Positions 37,571 to 50,441 of a stretch of 64,000 nucleotides of DNA are shown here, piece after piece. Under the pieces are notes generated by a model. It ran no database searches. It worked only from the letters and a program-made list of their open reading frames with translations, and was not told where the DNA came from. Position 1 is the first letter of the stretch; every line of letters begins with the position of its first letter. Both the position numbers and the translations under genes were made by a program. The DNA comes from Convolutriloba macropyga (Eukaryota): positions 27,094,001 through 27,158,000 of the forward strand of contig NC_134476.1 in assembly GCF_964194025.1 (NCBI RefSeq), read 5' to 3'.

Positions 37571-38750
37571 TTTCTTTATTACTAGCCGCGAAGTGATAGC
37601 GGCTATTATTGGGGACATCATGATTTTTTCACGACTAGTGAAAGTGAGTGAAATTGCCATGTGAACTAACTTTTTCTGAGCGAGAGCAAACTTTTGTTCA
37701 TGCGCTGCGTTCAATGAATGAATTTTTGACTTTGAAAAGAGTTTTTGAGAGATTAGTGCGTATAGATGACAGTTTTTAGCCGTGTTTTTGTCCATTTGGC
37801 CCAATTTTTTTTTATTGTAACTTGGTTTTTGTAGAAGTAAATTTTTCATCAATGCCGCATTAATATGCAACCATCTGAAATTGACACCACAATATTTCTG
37901 AGAGCGTAATAATGCAATTCAAGTGAAAAATTGAACCATATTTCCCATTTTTTGTTAATTTCAAGCTTTTTTTCATCAATTTCTTCGTTTTCGGCTCTTT
38001 GAGCGGATTTTTTTATACCAAATTAAAATTTGGCAAATTTTTTTTTATATTTCCTGAATTAGATGCCACTTTTCCACGTTTTGAAGTGAGGTGTTTTTGT
38101 TTTACACAATTGTACACAAACTATTCCGATTTTGGCGGTTTTTGTTACAGTCCTATAACTTTTTTTGTTTGTACTTTGAGTTCATTTACCATAAAAAGAC
38201 TTTTGGTGCACCATCGCTGTTTCGGTCTTGTTTTCTTGCTGATTGAATTGGTTTTTGCAATAACACTTTAAAATTCAGTCAAAATATTTGACTTTTTCAA
38301 TTTCTGTGATTTCTACTGCTTTGAAGTTACAATTTGTGCGCGTGACGTCATTTGTTCTGCTTTTATGTCAATTGCGTGTTTTACCTCAATCAAAAAATTA
38401 CTCCTCAACGAACTTCAAATTTTATGATAATTTGCTAATTAAAGGTCAATAGTGTGCATCTAAGTAGTGCCAAACGTATATGCCCCAATTCTTGAGTATT
38501 AGAGTCTTGAGTTTTTGATTTCGAATTTTAATTTTGAAAAAGTTCCACTAGGGTTTTCCCTTATAGAGCATGTGTGCCTCTTGAAAATCTCTTGAATCTA
38601 TCCAAAAAGTCTAATGGTGTATTAAAGGACTGGTGGTCAATCTGTCTCTCTTATTTCTTTAGGTTTTATCAATTCATGGAAAGCCACTATCGAATCGTCT
38701 ATCGCGGATGTTTTCCGGCCATCCGCCGGCTATTTTACAATGCACACGAA
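37571..38750 (-). mobile_element. Second, inverted copy of the 4080-4660 repeat family
   Basis: TTATTACTAGCCGCGAAGTGATAGCGGCTATTATTGGGGACATC matches the reverse complement of 4613-4656; 38310-38750 matches 4080-4500. Confidence 0.5.
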
Positions 38751-39736
38751 GCTAACGATAGTGTGCATTTTTTTCAAAATGAAACAAAAAATAACCCAGA
38801 TGAACCCTTTTATGGTTGCGGATTCATAGGATACTAAAGCATTCTGATATTTTCCGTTTGCCCCCCCCACCTTATTGTGTGTGTATAATTCGCACCCAAC
38901 AGACCCACATATCATATTTTTGCATAATGATTTACTATAAAAGGATCGCATTTTCATATGGACAAGGTAGGGATATCTTTTTGTCAATCAATATTGTTCG
39001 AGCGAATTAGAAACAAATATTTTGAATCTGATTTTCAACTGTAGTGGTTTGACTGCCAAAAAACAACAAAGAGTTGAGCAAGGAGAAAGTAGGCATTGTT
39101 CTTATCACTGTGACACAATTTTACTGTGACACAATTTGACTTCAAAAATCATGAAAACGTGTGAACAGATCTTAAAGAAAACAAAATATTGAATTTTGCT
39201 CAGGAAAAAAATAAATAAGGCATTGTTTCTTATAAAATGTCTCTAATAGATGTCTTAATTGCGCTCACCAAAAAATAATATAACATCAAACAAACGTCTC
39301 AAAAATTTGAGATAGTTATTGCACTTCAAAAAGATGTTATAGCTTGCTCTTTGAAGATCCAAATGACGCTGAATGCGATGAATGCGGTGAAGAAAAAACT
39401 TTAAGCAATGAATTTTTTTTCAGCACTTATGCGGTGAAAAAAAATCACGCTTAAATCGCAAATCTTACAATAATTCACCGCTAAATTCAACGTTATTCTT
39501 ACAAAAATTCACCACTATCAAAGCATTCAACCCTAAATGATGCTGGCGTTTTGCAGTGAAAAAAGTTTTTTTTCACCAATATTTATCGCTAATTTTACAT
39601 TATTTTTTTTACCAAACCTCGTTCTGGGAGGCTGCAACAGCATTGACAAAATGGTTTACAAAAATCATGTCGTAAATGTTGTTAAATTGTTTTTTCATCA
39701 GATGTTGACTCAAATTAGCTTGAATGTTGTAGTCTT

Positions 39737-40679
39737 CCCTGCTGATCAAAGAATTCAAAATCGTGCAGGAGTCTTGCAAGAAATATTGCATGATAATACT
39801 CTTCCATTTATCTTGTAAGATTCTTGCAAGAATCTTGCTAGATTTTACATTCTTCTTTCCAGATTCTTACAGGATTTTGAATTTTTTAGTTTCCTTAGTT
39901 ACCTGGCCGGATGATGAAGGCAGATGAGCTAAAAATGTCAATGTTAAACGTTAAATTGTTAATATTGTGTCGGATAACTTACTCAAGTAATGTTAAAAAC
40001 TGACTTTTTTTGAACTATTTCCAGTATGATTTGGCTTTTTCCCGGCTCTTTTTTCATTCCGGGCTTATGCTCGGCATGGGAGGAGTTACGAATAAATTTA
40101 TAGTAATACTGACATTACAGTATGAAAATAAAATAGCTAATAGTTTGTCGGAAGTTTTCTCAAGACAAGTTTTACTGCAATTTTAAAGACTTTTCCACTT
40201 CATATTTAGAGATTCTTCCTCCTTTTTAAATTTTGGGTTGCCTAATAAAAACAATGGATTTTTAAATACATATTTCTGGAAATTGGAAGTCTAGAGCAGG
40301 AATTCAAAACTTGCAATAATCTTGCAAGATTTTGCAAGATTTCCCTTCTCAACCGGATTTTACGAACCAGCGTTTAATGAGAACTATTTGCCATGGAAAT
40401 TTGCCAAGGAGTGAGTTATTAATTTTCATTTGTTTTCCACCTCAAAACTTTCAAATTTTTTTCTGAATTTAAAGTTTTGCTGGAGTCTTGCAAGATTCTT
40501 GCAAGTTCGGAAACATGTTCAAACGTATATAAAGTGATTTTAGTATTCTCTCTATGCCCCTTAAAAAGGTTTCTTGTTTTAGGCAAAATTCAAATCTTTG
40601 AAGATTCTTGCAAGAATGTTGCGAGGTTTGAATCATCTTTCAAGATTCTTGCAAGTTATAAATTCGCTCATCACTAGGG
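39737..40679. mobile_element. Putative MITE with clusters of palindromic TCTTGCAAGA repeats
   Basis: Imperfect TIR CCCTGCTGATCAAAGAATT / AATTCGCTCATCACTAGGG; TCTTGCAAGA clusters near both ends and centrally. Confidence 0.4.
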
Positions 40680-41074
40680 TTATTTACTTAGTTGTGGGTT
40701 CCGCAACTCGAAGCCTTAATGGTTGCGCGTTTCTAGCCTCTAAAGTTTCATCATTTTATATCTATAATTTCATCTTTTCTGTGCTAGAAACAAGATCCTA
40801 TCATGAAGAAAAAGTTATCAATTCGGGCATCTTTTTGAAAAATTTAAAGAACTAAATTCTGAGGATTTGCATACCAGCTATAAAAAACTATATCAAGAAG
40901 ATAGTAGGTTTCATAGACTTGAGTGGTTTTTTTAAGTAAAACCGACAAAACAGACATTTTTTAAGTTCAAGACTAAAGATTTATTTACTATAGGAGGAAA
41001 CCAATTTGTGCAAAGAAAATGATGTTTTCGTTCTAAACTGATATATATCTAAATGTGCTCCTTGTTATTAATAG

Positions 41075-41237
41075 AGCGTGGTATAAAAAGGAGTCTGGTT
41101 CAGAAGAGCATCAGGCCCAATCCAACATGTCGCACTCTGCGGCCACCCTCCCCGCAGCCCCTGTGGAAGTGACGTCACTAAGGGATGTACAAATACACTC
41201 TGTGGAAATCACCGTCACTGTCGAAGGATGCGCAGAG
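41075..41237 (+). CDS. Exon of a host fibronectin-type-III-repeat protein
   Basis: taatag| acceptor and GAG|gttag donor; TLPAAPVEVTSLRDVQIHSVEITV resembles an FN3 start; phase 0 joins 41556. Confidence 0.6.
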
Positions 41238-41555
41238 GTTAGAAAAAAATAAACTACATGTTTTAAATAAATTTCTATCAAATTTAAATAAAACAAGTGT
41301 AGATTACAATTGTTTGCTTCAAATCACCCCTCATCCAATTCCAGTAAATCTGTGAGACAATAGTCCGTGTGACACAATGTAAAGCGAGTTATTCTTGAAC
41401 TAATAATTATATTCGTAGCCACTAAGAACAAGGTTCTGCAATTATTTCTACGCATTATTAGGGTGAAAATTATCAACTATAGACAATTTACATCACCAAA
41501 TGAAATTGATAATATCTCCTTAACAATTTTTGAAAACTCTGTATTTTTATTGCAG

Positions 41556-41848
41556 AGTATTTTCTACTGGTACGAGCCAGGAACCTCCTGCACCAAAGCA
41601 TCCCCATGCACATTAACTGGCTCCAACCCTTACACCAATGAGTTCACGAACCTAACTGCAGGGCAGGACTACTTCTTCTACTTCCAGACCTTCTCAAATG
41701 GACACTATAGTGACAAATTAATTGTGAACCAACCCACGTATACAGATGTCATGATCAAGAATGAGATCCGCGCCGCGACGTCTGCGTTTGTGCTTGAGTT
41801 CAACTTTGAAGGTGGAGTTGGTTCAGTTGTCAACTTTTCGTACCTTGG
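41556..41848 (+). CDS. Exon of the host FN3-repeat protein (donor position uncertain)
   Basis: tttttattgcag| acceptor; FTNLTAGQDYFFYFQTFSNGHYS is the FN3 L-x-x-G-x-x-Y core. Confidence 0.7.
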
Positions 41849-44800
41849 GTACTTAGCAGTGGGTGCGGGCAGTGAGATACGACCTTTCAGGTTTGCACTA
41901 TAGGCTTTAATAAACTAGTTTGTGATTTATATGTTTTGAGCATTTCGTTTGCTCTATCAATTTTGACCATATGTCTAAGTTATCTATTGTGATTGAGTCA
42001 CTCCAAGTTAACTTTCACTACTAATGTTTTCCATTACTTTTTGCATTAGAGTTTAGGTACTGTAAGAAACACATTGGAAAATTTTATGCGATTTTAGTAG
42101 AGATGGAATCAAGTTCAACAAAAAATGTAACATTCTAACACGTTTAACAATTTGCAAAAGGAATTTTCGAGTTTATTTTTTGAAAAATTCTCGTCTGCGG
42201 TCAAGTAATGGTTACGTGACTCTCCTTGAAGTCAGTGAGAACTTCTGGAGATATTGGGTCAGAATTTCGAAGTGACTTCTGCAGAGTCACTTAACCTTGC
42301 TTAAAACACCTTGCGCACATTCTAAAATGACGAAAGTCAACGGAAGTCAACGGAAGTCAACTTCTGGCTAAGTAGCAACTTCTGGCATTTTAATTTCTGG
42401 CACTGCAGACTTTCGGCATTTTAAAATATGCACGTGAGTGTTCTAAGCAAAATTCGTAATAGGGCTTTTCAGGAAAAATTCTGAAAACTCTGAAAAATTC
42501 TGAGTCATCAACTCCTATTAAGGGTCAGCAATTGAAGTGGAACAAAGCCCATAACGTAGACATGCTGGCAATTTTTGCTGCTAAAAATTCTGCTTAAATT
42601 TTCTCAATACCAGAGTTAGGAAGACCTTTTTCTAGTAACCATGACATAGGGTAGTGGATAAAAAAACACAGCCATCAGAATAACCAAAACATTTAAACAT
42701 TTCCGCTTTCCATTGCAATTGGCCTGCAATTGGCATACAAATACGTCAAAACCCAATGGTCGGGGAATGAAAATTTTACTATAAATTGGTAGTTATTTTC
42801 AAATCACGCTTTTCCCGTCTAGGATAAAATTGCACAACAAGAACAGTTTCTACAATTTCTTTACACCAAAGATTGATAGTATTTAATTTTCGAAAAAGAA
42901 GCGACCTCACCACATTAAGAACTATTTCCAATTATTCGGCGCGTCTAAGAAGACCTTAAACCTTTTTCGCATTGTTTGTACAAAGATTTTTTATAAATTC
43001 ATGTTTGCCTTCACAGCAACCCTAATGCCAACAGTGCAATTAGTTTTGATCGATTCACATACTAATGAAACAAATTATTACAGTTCAAGCATACAGCTTT
43101 TCCAACTTTTCACTATCTCTCTCCAAATCGGATGATTATCAATTTGTAACCAACGGGGTCTAAAAATCAATCATTTTGATATATGCTGGGTTATTTTTTT
43201 GATATCCTTTATGTTATTGTTAAAAATTTTCTAAGATTTTTGTTGCATGGTTTTGGTAACATGAAGAATGGCACTATTTTAAAACTTCTAGTTAATATCT
43301 CCATTCGTTTTTTATTGTCATAAAAGTGTCAGATCCATTTAATAATTAACAGAAATGGTTGTAACCTTGCAATAACCAAAACTTTTGCTTCCAGTTCTTG
43401 CTTTTTAGGACTCAAATTACTTAAAATAGAAATTATCGTTTTACTGAGTTCAACCAGTTTTTTACTGAAACGCGTTTGTTAACATTTGAAACCTTGAGTT
43501 TTTTCTTCTCTTCTCGAACGCTGGACATTTAGAAAGCACTCTATAATTTTTTAATATACGGTAGTTCATAGTTGATAGCTTTTTCTAGGTTAAGAGGTTA
43601 GCTTGGGAAACTTTAACCACCCAATTTCTGGCTTCCCTCCACCTATGTGCATCTACCCCTACCCTTTGATATTAATAAAAAAAATTTGACTAAAAATTGG
43701 AGCACAAAATTTTAAAAATTGAACTGTAGCTTTTATCTTTGTTTTTTTGGAGGTCAAATTGTAAGTTGAGTGTAGCTAAAATGACATGTTCATGGTTTTC
43801 ACCGTTCAAAGAATTTGCATTGTAATGTGGCGAAGTTTTTTCTTACAAGGCTGTTCACTCATTGTCATGAGATTTGGAGTCAAATGCGAGAAGTGAAATT
43901 GGTCAGGCCAAAACAAGAAATTGAACAAAAACGCGAGTGGTTTTTGTGGCGTATTGGTTTTAAGCCAAGTTCAAAGTAGAATGAGAAAACAAAAAACAGT
44001 GTTTGAAAGAAATTCTGCTTTCTAGATTGGTTGGGATTTTTTTTTATCACATGTGGCAATTTAACTTTCAATTTTGCTTTTTTTTCAAATTTTTTCTTCG
44101 GATTTTTTTCTCAAAGGTTTTGCCAATTCATTTTTGTCCACTTTCTAGTCTATTGTTGAGTCTTTTAAATATTTTCAAGATATGTCCTGCTATGACGCTC
44201 TTGTTCTATTGTATGACGCTCTTTTTTCTTTTTACATTTGTTCACACAGAAATGTAGAAGAAATCAATTTTTCTCTGTGGCTTCTTCATTTCTATAACAG
44301 CGTTTGCGCGAGTAACGTCATGAGAAACCTCAGTATCTCACTCTCACTAAAAAAAGTTTTGAGGTCTTTCGCTTGATTAAATTTTGATCATACGTGATTT
44401 ACCTTACTAAAAAGATGAGTTTTGCCTTTTAAAATTCAGATTGTTTTCAACTTAGCTTACGTTCGAAGGAATTCATATGTGTAATAAAGATTCCTAATTA
44501 AAAGGCCATCTGCGGAATAAACTTTAATAGTTTTTCTATGATTATCGTCAATTGTTTTTCACACATAGTTTTTTGAGTTGTGTCGATAATTTTTTTTCAA
44601 CTTGCAGTCGTGTCAGTTTCTATCTGTATTACACGGCGCGCAAGTCTGCTGTAGTCAATGTTAGTTCTAGAACTCTATTAGAGAGAATCTTTGAATTGTT
44701 TCCGATAATCTGGCCTTTAAAAGTTTTAGGGGCAAAAATTTAGCTCAGCAAAACTTCTTGTGGAGACAGATTTTTTGGTATAATAATTTCACAAATTTGT

Positions 44801-45460
44801 AGCTTACGTTTTTGGTCTTCATAAAGTTTAAGCGTTCAATTATTTGGTAATTGAAATGAAAAAAGCAGATAATTATTGTTAATATTCTGCTTTAAGTAAA
44901 CTGCAAAATACTGATTGCATTGATAAAATGTCGAGAAATGACATCCGATTTTAATCAGACAATTCCAACGTGTTTTGTTTTTGCTATCTTTCAATACATT
45001 TTTTATTATTCCTTCGTGTATGAACAGATTTTTGCGTGTATGATGACTACTCTATTTCCTCCAAAATTTCAGACTGAAATAACTGAAACATCACATCGGA
45101 CTAAATGTCAGACAACTGGCTGGTGTTGAGAGTAGCCCATTTTGCTTTGGGATGGTAGATTTTCTAGGGCTTATAAATTTAATGTATCCAGTTTTTTTCT
45201 ACAAGGTCAAAAAGCTGAAGGAAAAGGCTTTAGCGCTTTTAATTAATATATCGGGTGATATATATTGTTTGACATCATTCATCTATTCATTATATGGTGC
45301 TTGGAATTAGTTTTCTGTATCCTTCGAAACTAAAAGTCAACACAAGGAGGTTTAATATAGTATTCATTTTTCATAGAGAGATTTTGAAGAAAGGAGATAA
45401 CTAAGCTTGTGAAGCATCGAGATACAGATCGAAAACAGTGCATATGTTTTCATGTGACCA

Positions 45461-45685
45461 AGTAGTAGTAGCTGAGCAGAGCTGGGGGGGGGGGGGGTAA
45501 AAGGACGTACCTATGTATAAAGATTACCTATAGCCTATTTTCATCAATTTTCCAAAGACGTACCTAAAAAGAGAGTGAGAACAATAGACCTGTCATCTTA
45601 TCGTAATTACCCAGGGATAATTATCTTAATTGCCCCAGTGAAATGCATTCGCTCTAATGCACTTCAGCTAATCTTATCTACTTAA
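45461..45685 (+). repeat. Maverick left TIR (225 bp)
   Basis: Reverse complement of 62843-63066 with about 4 substitutions and 2 homopolymer length differences. Confidence 0.96.
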
Positions 45686-46555
45686 CCTTTTTTTTGAAAG
45701 GAAATAATTATTTTTATGTTTTTTTTTATTTTTCTATTTTTCCACTTTTCAATTTTTGAAATTTTTCATGTAAATTTTTTTATTTTAAATTTATTTTTTT
45801 AATTTAATTAAATCAATTTTAGTTGAAAAATGTCTTTTTTTTCGTAAGGTTTTTGATGAAAAATGCATAATTTGAACTTTTCTTTTTTTTCCATTTGTTA
45901 GTTTTCGAAAAAAAATAGTTTTCATTTTTTTTTCGAATTTTTGAGTTTAATTTAAAAAAATAATTATTTTTATAGAACTGTTAATTTTTTTAGAATATTT
46001 TTTATTTAAAAAAAAGTTGTTTTTTACATAAGGTTTATAACAAAAAATGCAGATTTTTATGTTTTTTTATTTTTCTATTTTATCATTTTTCAGTTTTTGA
46101 AGTTTTTTTTTCATGTAAATTTTTATTATTTTTTTTTGAAAAGAATCGTTTTACTTAAAATAAATGTCTTTCAAAAATTTCGTTTTTTACATAAGGTTTT
46201 TAGCAAAAAATGCAGATTTTGATGTTTTTTATATTTCTCTTTTTCAGTTTTTGAAGTTTTTTTTATGTAATTTTTGTTTGAAAAAAAAATCGTTTTACTT
46301 AAAATAAATTTCTTTCAAATATGCGTTTTTTTACATAAGGTTTTTAACAGAAAATGCAAATTTTGCGGTTTTTTATTTTTCTTTTCCATTTTTCAATTTC
46401 TTTTCCATTTTTCAATTTTTTTATTTTTCTTTTCCATTTTTCAACATAAGGTTTTTAACAGAAAATGCAAATTTTGCGGTTTTTTATTTTTCTTTTCCAT
46501 TTTTCTCTGTTCATTTTGTGTTTTGTCTCAGTTGAATATCAGTGGTCTTAAAAAA

Positions 46556-47134
46556 ATGCAAAATACTCCAACACTTCCTTTTCTTCCTTCAACATCTTTT
46601 CTTTCGACATTTCATTCTGATCTAGATTTCGTTCCCAACAAAGAGGAATCGAAATTTAGAACAACAGTAACTGATAACAACATCGAATTATCCTTTGAGG
46701 TGGATTGCACAAGAGTAACAATAAAAACACAGACTACCAGCTTAACACTTCCGAATGATTTGTGGAGAACTTTAGAGGCTGCTAGACATCATAACCTCCA
46801 CTTAGCAGAAGAAAAAGTCAACAATTCAGTACTTTCTCTCCCCACTTATTTCCAGGCCATTGAGAGAATTCGAAAAGAACAAGGATTTCATCCACTGAAA
46901 GACTGCAAAGGTATTTTGTTCCCGTACTCTCGTGAAATAAATCACTACGGTGTATGGTGGGTAGAAGACATGTTCTCCAAACATGCTGATACAATTTCTA
47001 CAAAATCAGAAACCTTCGATCTTCCCAATTTCCGAGATCTTATTCTTCCTCCTATCCAAGAAAATGACAATGATGAGAACCAATCACTTCATCAAAATGT
47101 TTCTTTCTCGAACTTCAGGTGCTCTCCAATATAA
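46556..47134 (+). CDS. Maverick orphan ORF, copy 1
   Basis: ATG MQNTPT; 192 codons; no recognised motif. Confidence 0.6.
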   Translation: MQNTPTLPFLPSTSFLSTFHSDLDFVPNKEESKFRTTVTDNNIELSFEVDCTRVTIKTQTTSLTLPNDLWRTLEAARHHNLHLAEEKVNNSVLSLPTYFQAIERIRKEQGFHPLKDCKGILFPYSREINHYGVWWVEDMFSKHADTISTKSETFDLPNFRDLILPPIQENDNDENQSLHQNVSFSNFRCSPI

Positions 47135-47189
47135 GTTTTAACAGTTGCTTGTATTCTTTGCTAAATTCTCCCTCACGCGACAACATTTG

Positions 47190-47350
47190 TCACGTCACGT
47201 GATGTTACTAAAATTAGAAATGACATAACTATTACGTCATGATGAGCACTCAAATTTCATTGGTTACGACTGCTTTTACATGATCTCATTGGTTACGATG
47301 TCGCAATAATTCTCGTTCTTACTAAAATTTCATTGGTTCGATTTATGAAG
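47190..47350 (+). promoter_or_regulatory. Putative promoter: E-box, CRE-like site and three reverse CCAAT boxes (duplicated at ~50158-50318)
   Basis: TCACGTGA 47195; ATTACGTCAT 47231; CATTGGTT at ~47258, 47287, 47331. Confidence 0.5.
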
Positions 47351-47473
47351 CTCTTTCTTGAAGATAATTCATTCATTTGTTGCTTTTCGTTTTCAATATT
47401 AAGTTAGCTTATTTATTCAATTCTTCCTTTCTTGCTTTAAAAACTCATCTTTTACTTACTTCACACGCCACAG

Positions 47474-48223
47474 ATGGATCAAAGTTCAGTCTCAGCTGAC
47501 AGCAAAAAACCCTAGGCCTTCCCCTTCCGCAAACGAAACCATAAGGGAAGACCAGTTATTCCTTCCTCCCAGTTTGATTATCATAATGAAAGCATATATT
47601 CTTTGTTTACCGATACCAACGTGAAAGTTGAGGACACTGTTTGCAAACCAAATGAGGATCACCAAGGAAACAACAACCTTTGGTCTTTCCAAGAATACAG
47701 CAACCGGAAATTTCAAATCAGCATCCCAGAGGAGACTATCAACACAAGCTCGAATTGGACCCACTTGAAAGTCTTTCGCGAAAATGTCGAAGGTGAATTT
47801 GTTCCACATCAGTTTCTGAGGCTGTCGGTCTGGGAATTGAAAATTTTCATCCAAAAATTACCTGAGATGTTGAAAGAAGCACAACAATTTGAACCCACAG
47901 AAGTTACTGCAAAAGTGATGATTGACGAAACTTTGTTCCAGCCAACTGATGTGGAGGAAAAAGCAAAATTCGATGTGTTTTGGGAATTGAGTGAGACTGC
48001 TAGGCGAAAAGTATGTGTGACCAGAACATTTTACCAAGATGATCCGAATCGATGTTATTTCAGCATCAAGCTCTTCACTCGAGGGACTGAAAAGGACAGT
48101 TTTAGAAGGAAATGCTTCCTTTCTGTCAGAATTGGGGAGTTGCAGAAATTACATCGAATGAGCAATGAAATTATTTCAGTGCTGAACAAAGTCAAAAACC
48201 CGACAAAATCGCAAAGTGCATAG
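47474..48223 (+). pseudogene. Candidate tandem PC4-like ssDNA-binding protein, copy 1; in-frame TAG at 47513
   Basis: ATG 47474 is in frame with ORF 47603-48223; two similar halves with a beta-beta-beta-helix pattern (RKVCVT...FSIKLF...FLSVRIGELQKL). Confidence 0.5.
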
Positions 48224-48307
48224 AAGTAATTGTAAACTTTTATAATGTATGTGATGTCTTTATTTATTCACTTTTTGAATTAAATTCTTTCAGAACAGTT
48301 GCTTGAT

Positions 48308-48709
48308 ATGAATATTAAGGAAATTGTAGAGTTCGAAAAAGAAATCAGTCAACTTTTTGTTGGAAATACAAAAAGGAAAAATTATTTTTTGGCTGTCTGT
48401 CGAAGTTTTGACAAAAATGCAGATCTAGATAAAATTAACAGAGAAGCTCCATTTGGAGGTCTAATAGGAGTTGGTGATTCAAAGTTAGAAAAACTTTTGA
48501 ATTGGTCGAAAATTTTTCGTTTACATGCCACATTTCATGATGCAACGGGATACCTGAAAACAAATCTAAATATTGGTCCTGGGTACTGTTACCTGGTTCC
48601 ATTCCTTAATTCAGAATTTAACTTTTGTTTCTTGGGACATATAACAGGTCTAGCATATTGTTGTTTTCTGAAATTTTATTTTTCTATTTTTCCACTTTTC
48701 AATTTTTGA
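48308..48709 (+). CDS. HD-motif protein, copy 1 (C-terminus altered by the duplication junction)
   Basis: RLHATFHDATGY...GPGYCY; last residues differ from copy 2. Confidence 0.6.
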   Translation: MNIKEIVEFEKEISQLFVGNTKRKNYFLAVCRSFDKNADLDKINREAPFGGLIGVGDSKLEKLLNWSKIFRLHATFHDATGYLKTNLNIGPGYCYLVPFLNSEFNFCFLGHITGLAYCCFLKFYFSIFPLFNF

Positions 48710-49523
48710 AAATTTTCATGTAAATTTTTTTATTTTAAATTTATTTTTTTAAATTTAATTAAATCAATTTTAGTTGAAAAATGTCTTTTTTTTCGTAAGG
48801 TTTTTGATGAAAAATGCATAATTTGAACTTTTCTTTTTTTTCCATTTGTTAGTTTTCGAAAAAAAGTAGTTTTCATTTTTTTTCGAATTTTTGAGTTTAA
48901 TTTAAAAAAATAATTATTTTTATAGAACTGTTAATTTTTTTAGAATATTTTTTATTTAAAAAAAAGTTGTTTTTTACATAAGGTTTATAACAAAAAATGC
49001 AGATTTTTATGTTTTTTTATTTTTCTATTTTATCATTTTTCAGTTTTTGAAGTTTTTTTTTTCATGTAAATTTTTATTATTTTTTTTGAAAAGAATCGTT
49101 TTACTTAAAATAAATGTCTTTCAAAATTTTCGTTTTTTACATAAGGTTTTTAGCAAAAAATGCAGATTTTCATGTTTTTTATATTTCTCCTTTTCAGTTT
49201 TTGAAGTTTTTTATGTAATTTTTGTTTGAAAAAAAAATCGTTTTACTTAAAATAAATTTCTTTCAAATATGCGTTTTTTTACATAAGGTTTTTAACAGAA
49301 AATGCAAATTTTGCGGTTTTTTATTTTTCTTTTCCATTTTTCAATTTTTGAAGTTTTTTTATGTAAAAGTTTTACATTAATTTTTTTTTGAAAAATGTTT
49401 TACTATAATGAATTTTTTTAACCAATCATATCATTCGTAGAATCTATGTTAAAATAAGCTAGGACCGAGAAACTCTGTTCATTTTGTGTTTTGTCTCAGT
49501 TGAATATCAGTGGTCTTAAAAAA

Positions 49524-50102
49524 ATGCAAAATACTCCAACACTTCCTTTTCTTCCTTCAACATCTTTTCTTTCGACATTTCATTCTGATCTAGAATTCGT
49601 TCCCAACAAAGAGGAATCGAAATTTAGAACAACAGTAACTGATAACAACATCGAATTATCCTTTGAGGTGGATTGCACAAGAGTAACAATAAAAACACAG
49701 ACTACCAGCTTAACACTTCCGAAAGATTTGTGGAGAACTTTAGAGGCTGCTAGACATCATAACCTCCACTTAGCAGAAGAAAAAGTCAACAATTCAGTAC
49801 TTTCTCTCCCCACTTATTTCCAGGCCATTGAGAGAATTCGAAAAGAACAAGGATTTCATCCACTGAAAGACTGCAAAGGTATTTTGTTCCCGTACTCTCG
49901 TGAAATAAATCACTACGGTGTATGGTGGGTAGAAGACATGTTCTCCAAACATGCTGATACAAATTCTACAAAATCAGAAACCTTCGATCTTCCCAATTTC
50001 CGAGATCTTATTCTCCCTCCTATCCAAGAAAATGACAATGATGAGAACCAATCACTTCATCAAAATGTTTCTTTCTCGAACTTCAGGTGCTCTCCAATAT
50101 AA
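49524..50102 (+). CDS. Maverick orphan ORF, copy 2
   Basis: Near-identical to 46556-47134 (3 aa differences). Confidence 0.6.
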   Translation: MQNTPTLPFLPSTSFLSTFHSDLEFVPNKEESKFRTTVTDNNIELSFEVDCTRVTIKTQTTSLTLPKDLWRTLEAARHHNLHLAEEKVNNSVLSLPTYFQAIERIRKEQGFHPLKDCKGILFPYSREINHYGVWWVEDMFSKHADTNSTKSETFDLPNFRDLILPPIQENDNDENQSLHQNVSFSNFRCSPI

Positions 50103-50441
50103 GTTTTAACAGTTGCTTGTATTCTTTGCTAAATTCTCCCTCACGCGACAACATTTGTCACGTCACGTGATGTTACTAAAATTAGAAATGACATAACTAT
50201 TACGTCATGATGAGCACTCAAATTTCATTGGTTACGACTGCTTTTACATGATCTCATTGGTTACGATGTCGCAATAATTCTCGTTCTTACTAAAATTTCA
50301 TTGGTTCGATTTATGAAGCTCTTTCTTGAAGATAATTCATTCATTTGTTGCTTTTCGTTTTCAATATTAAGTTAGCTTATTTATTCAATTCTTCCTTTCT
50401 TGCTTTAAAAACTCATCTTTTACTTACTTCACACGCCACAG

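Noticed and set aside
46274-46555. Phe-rich N-terminal extension of ORF 46274
   Set aside because: Lies in the AT-rich subterminal repeat, depends on a local rearrangement, and is absent from copy 2
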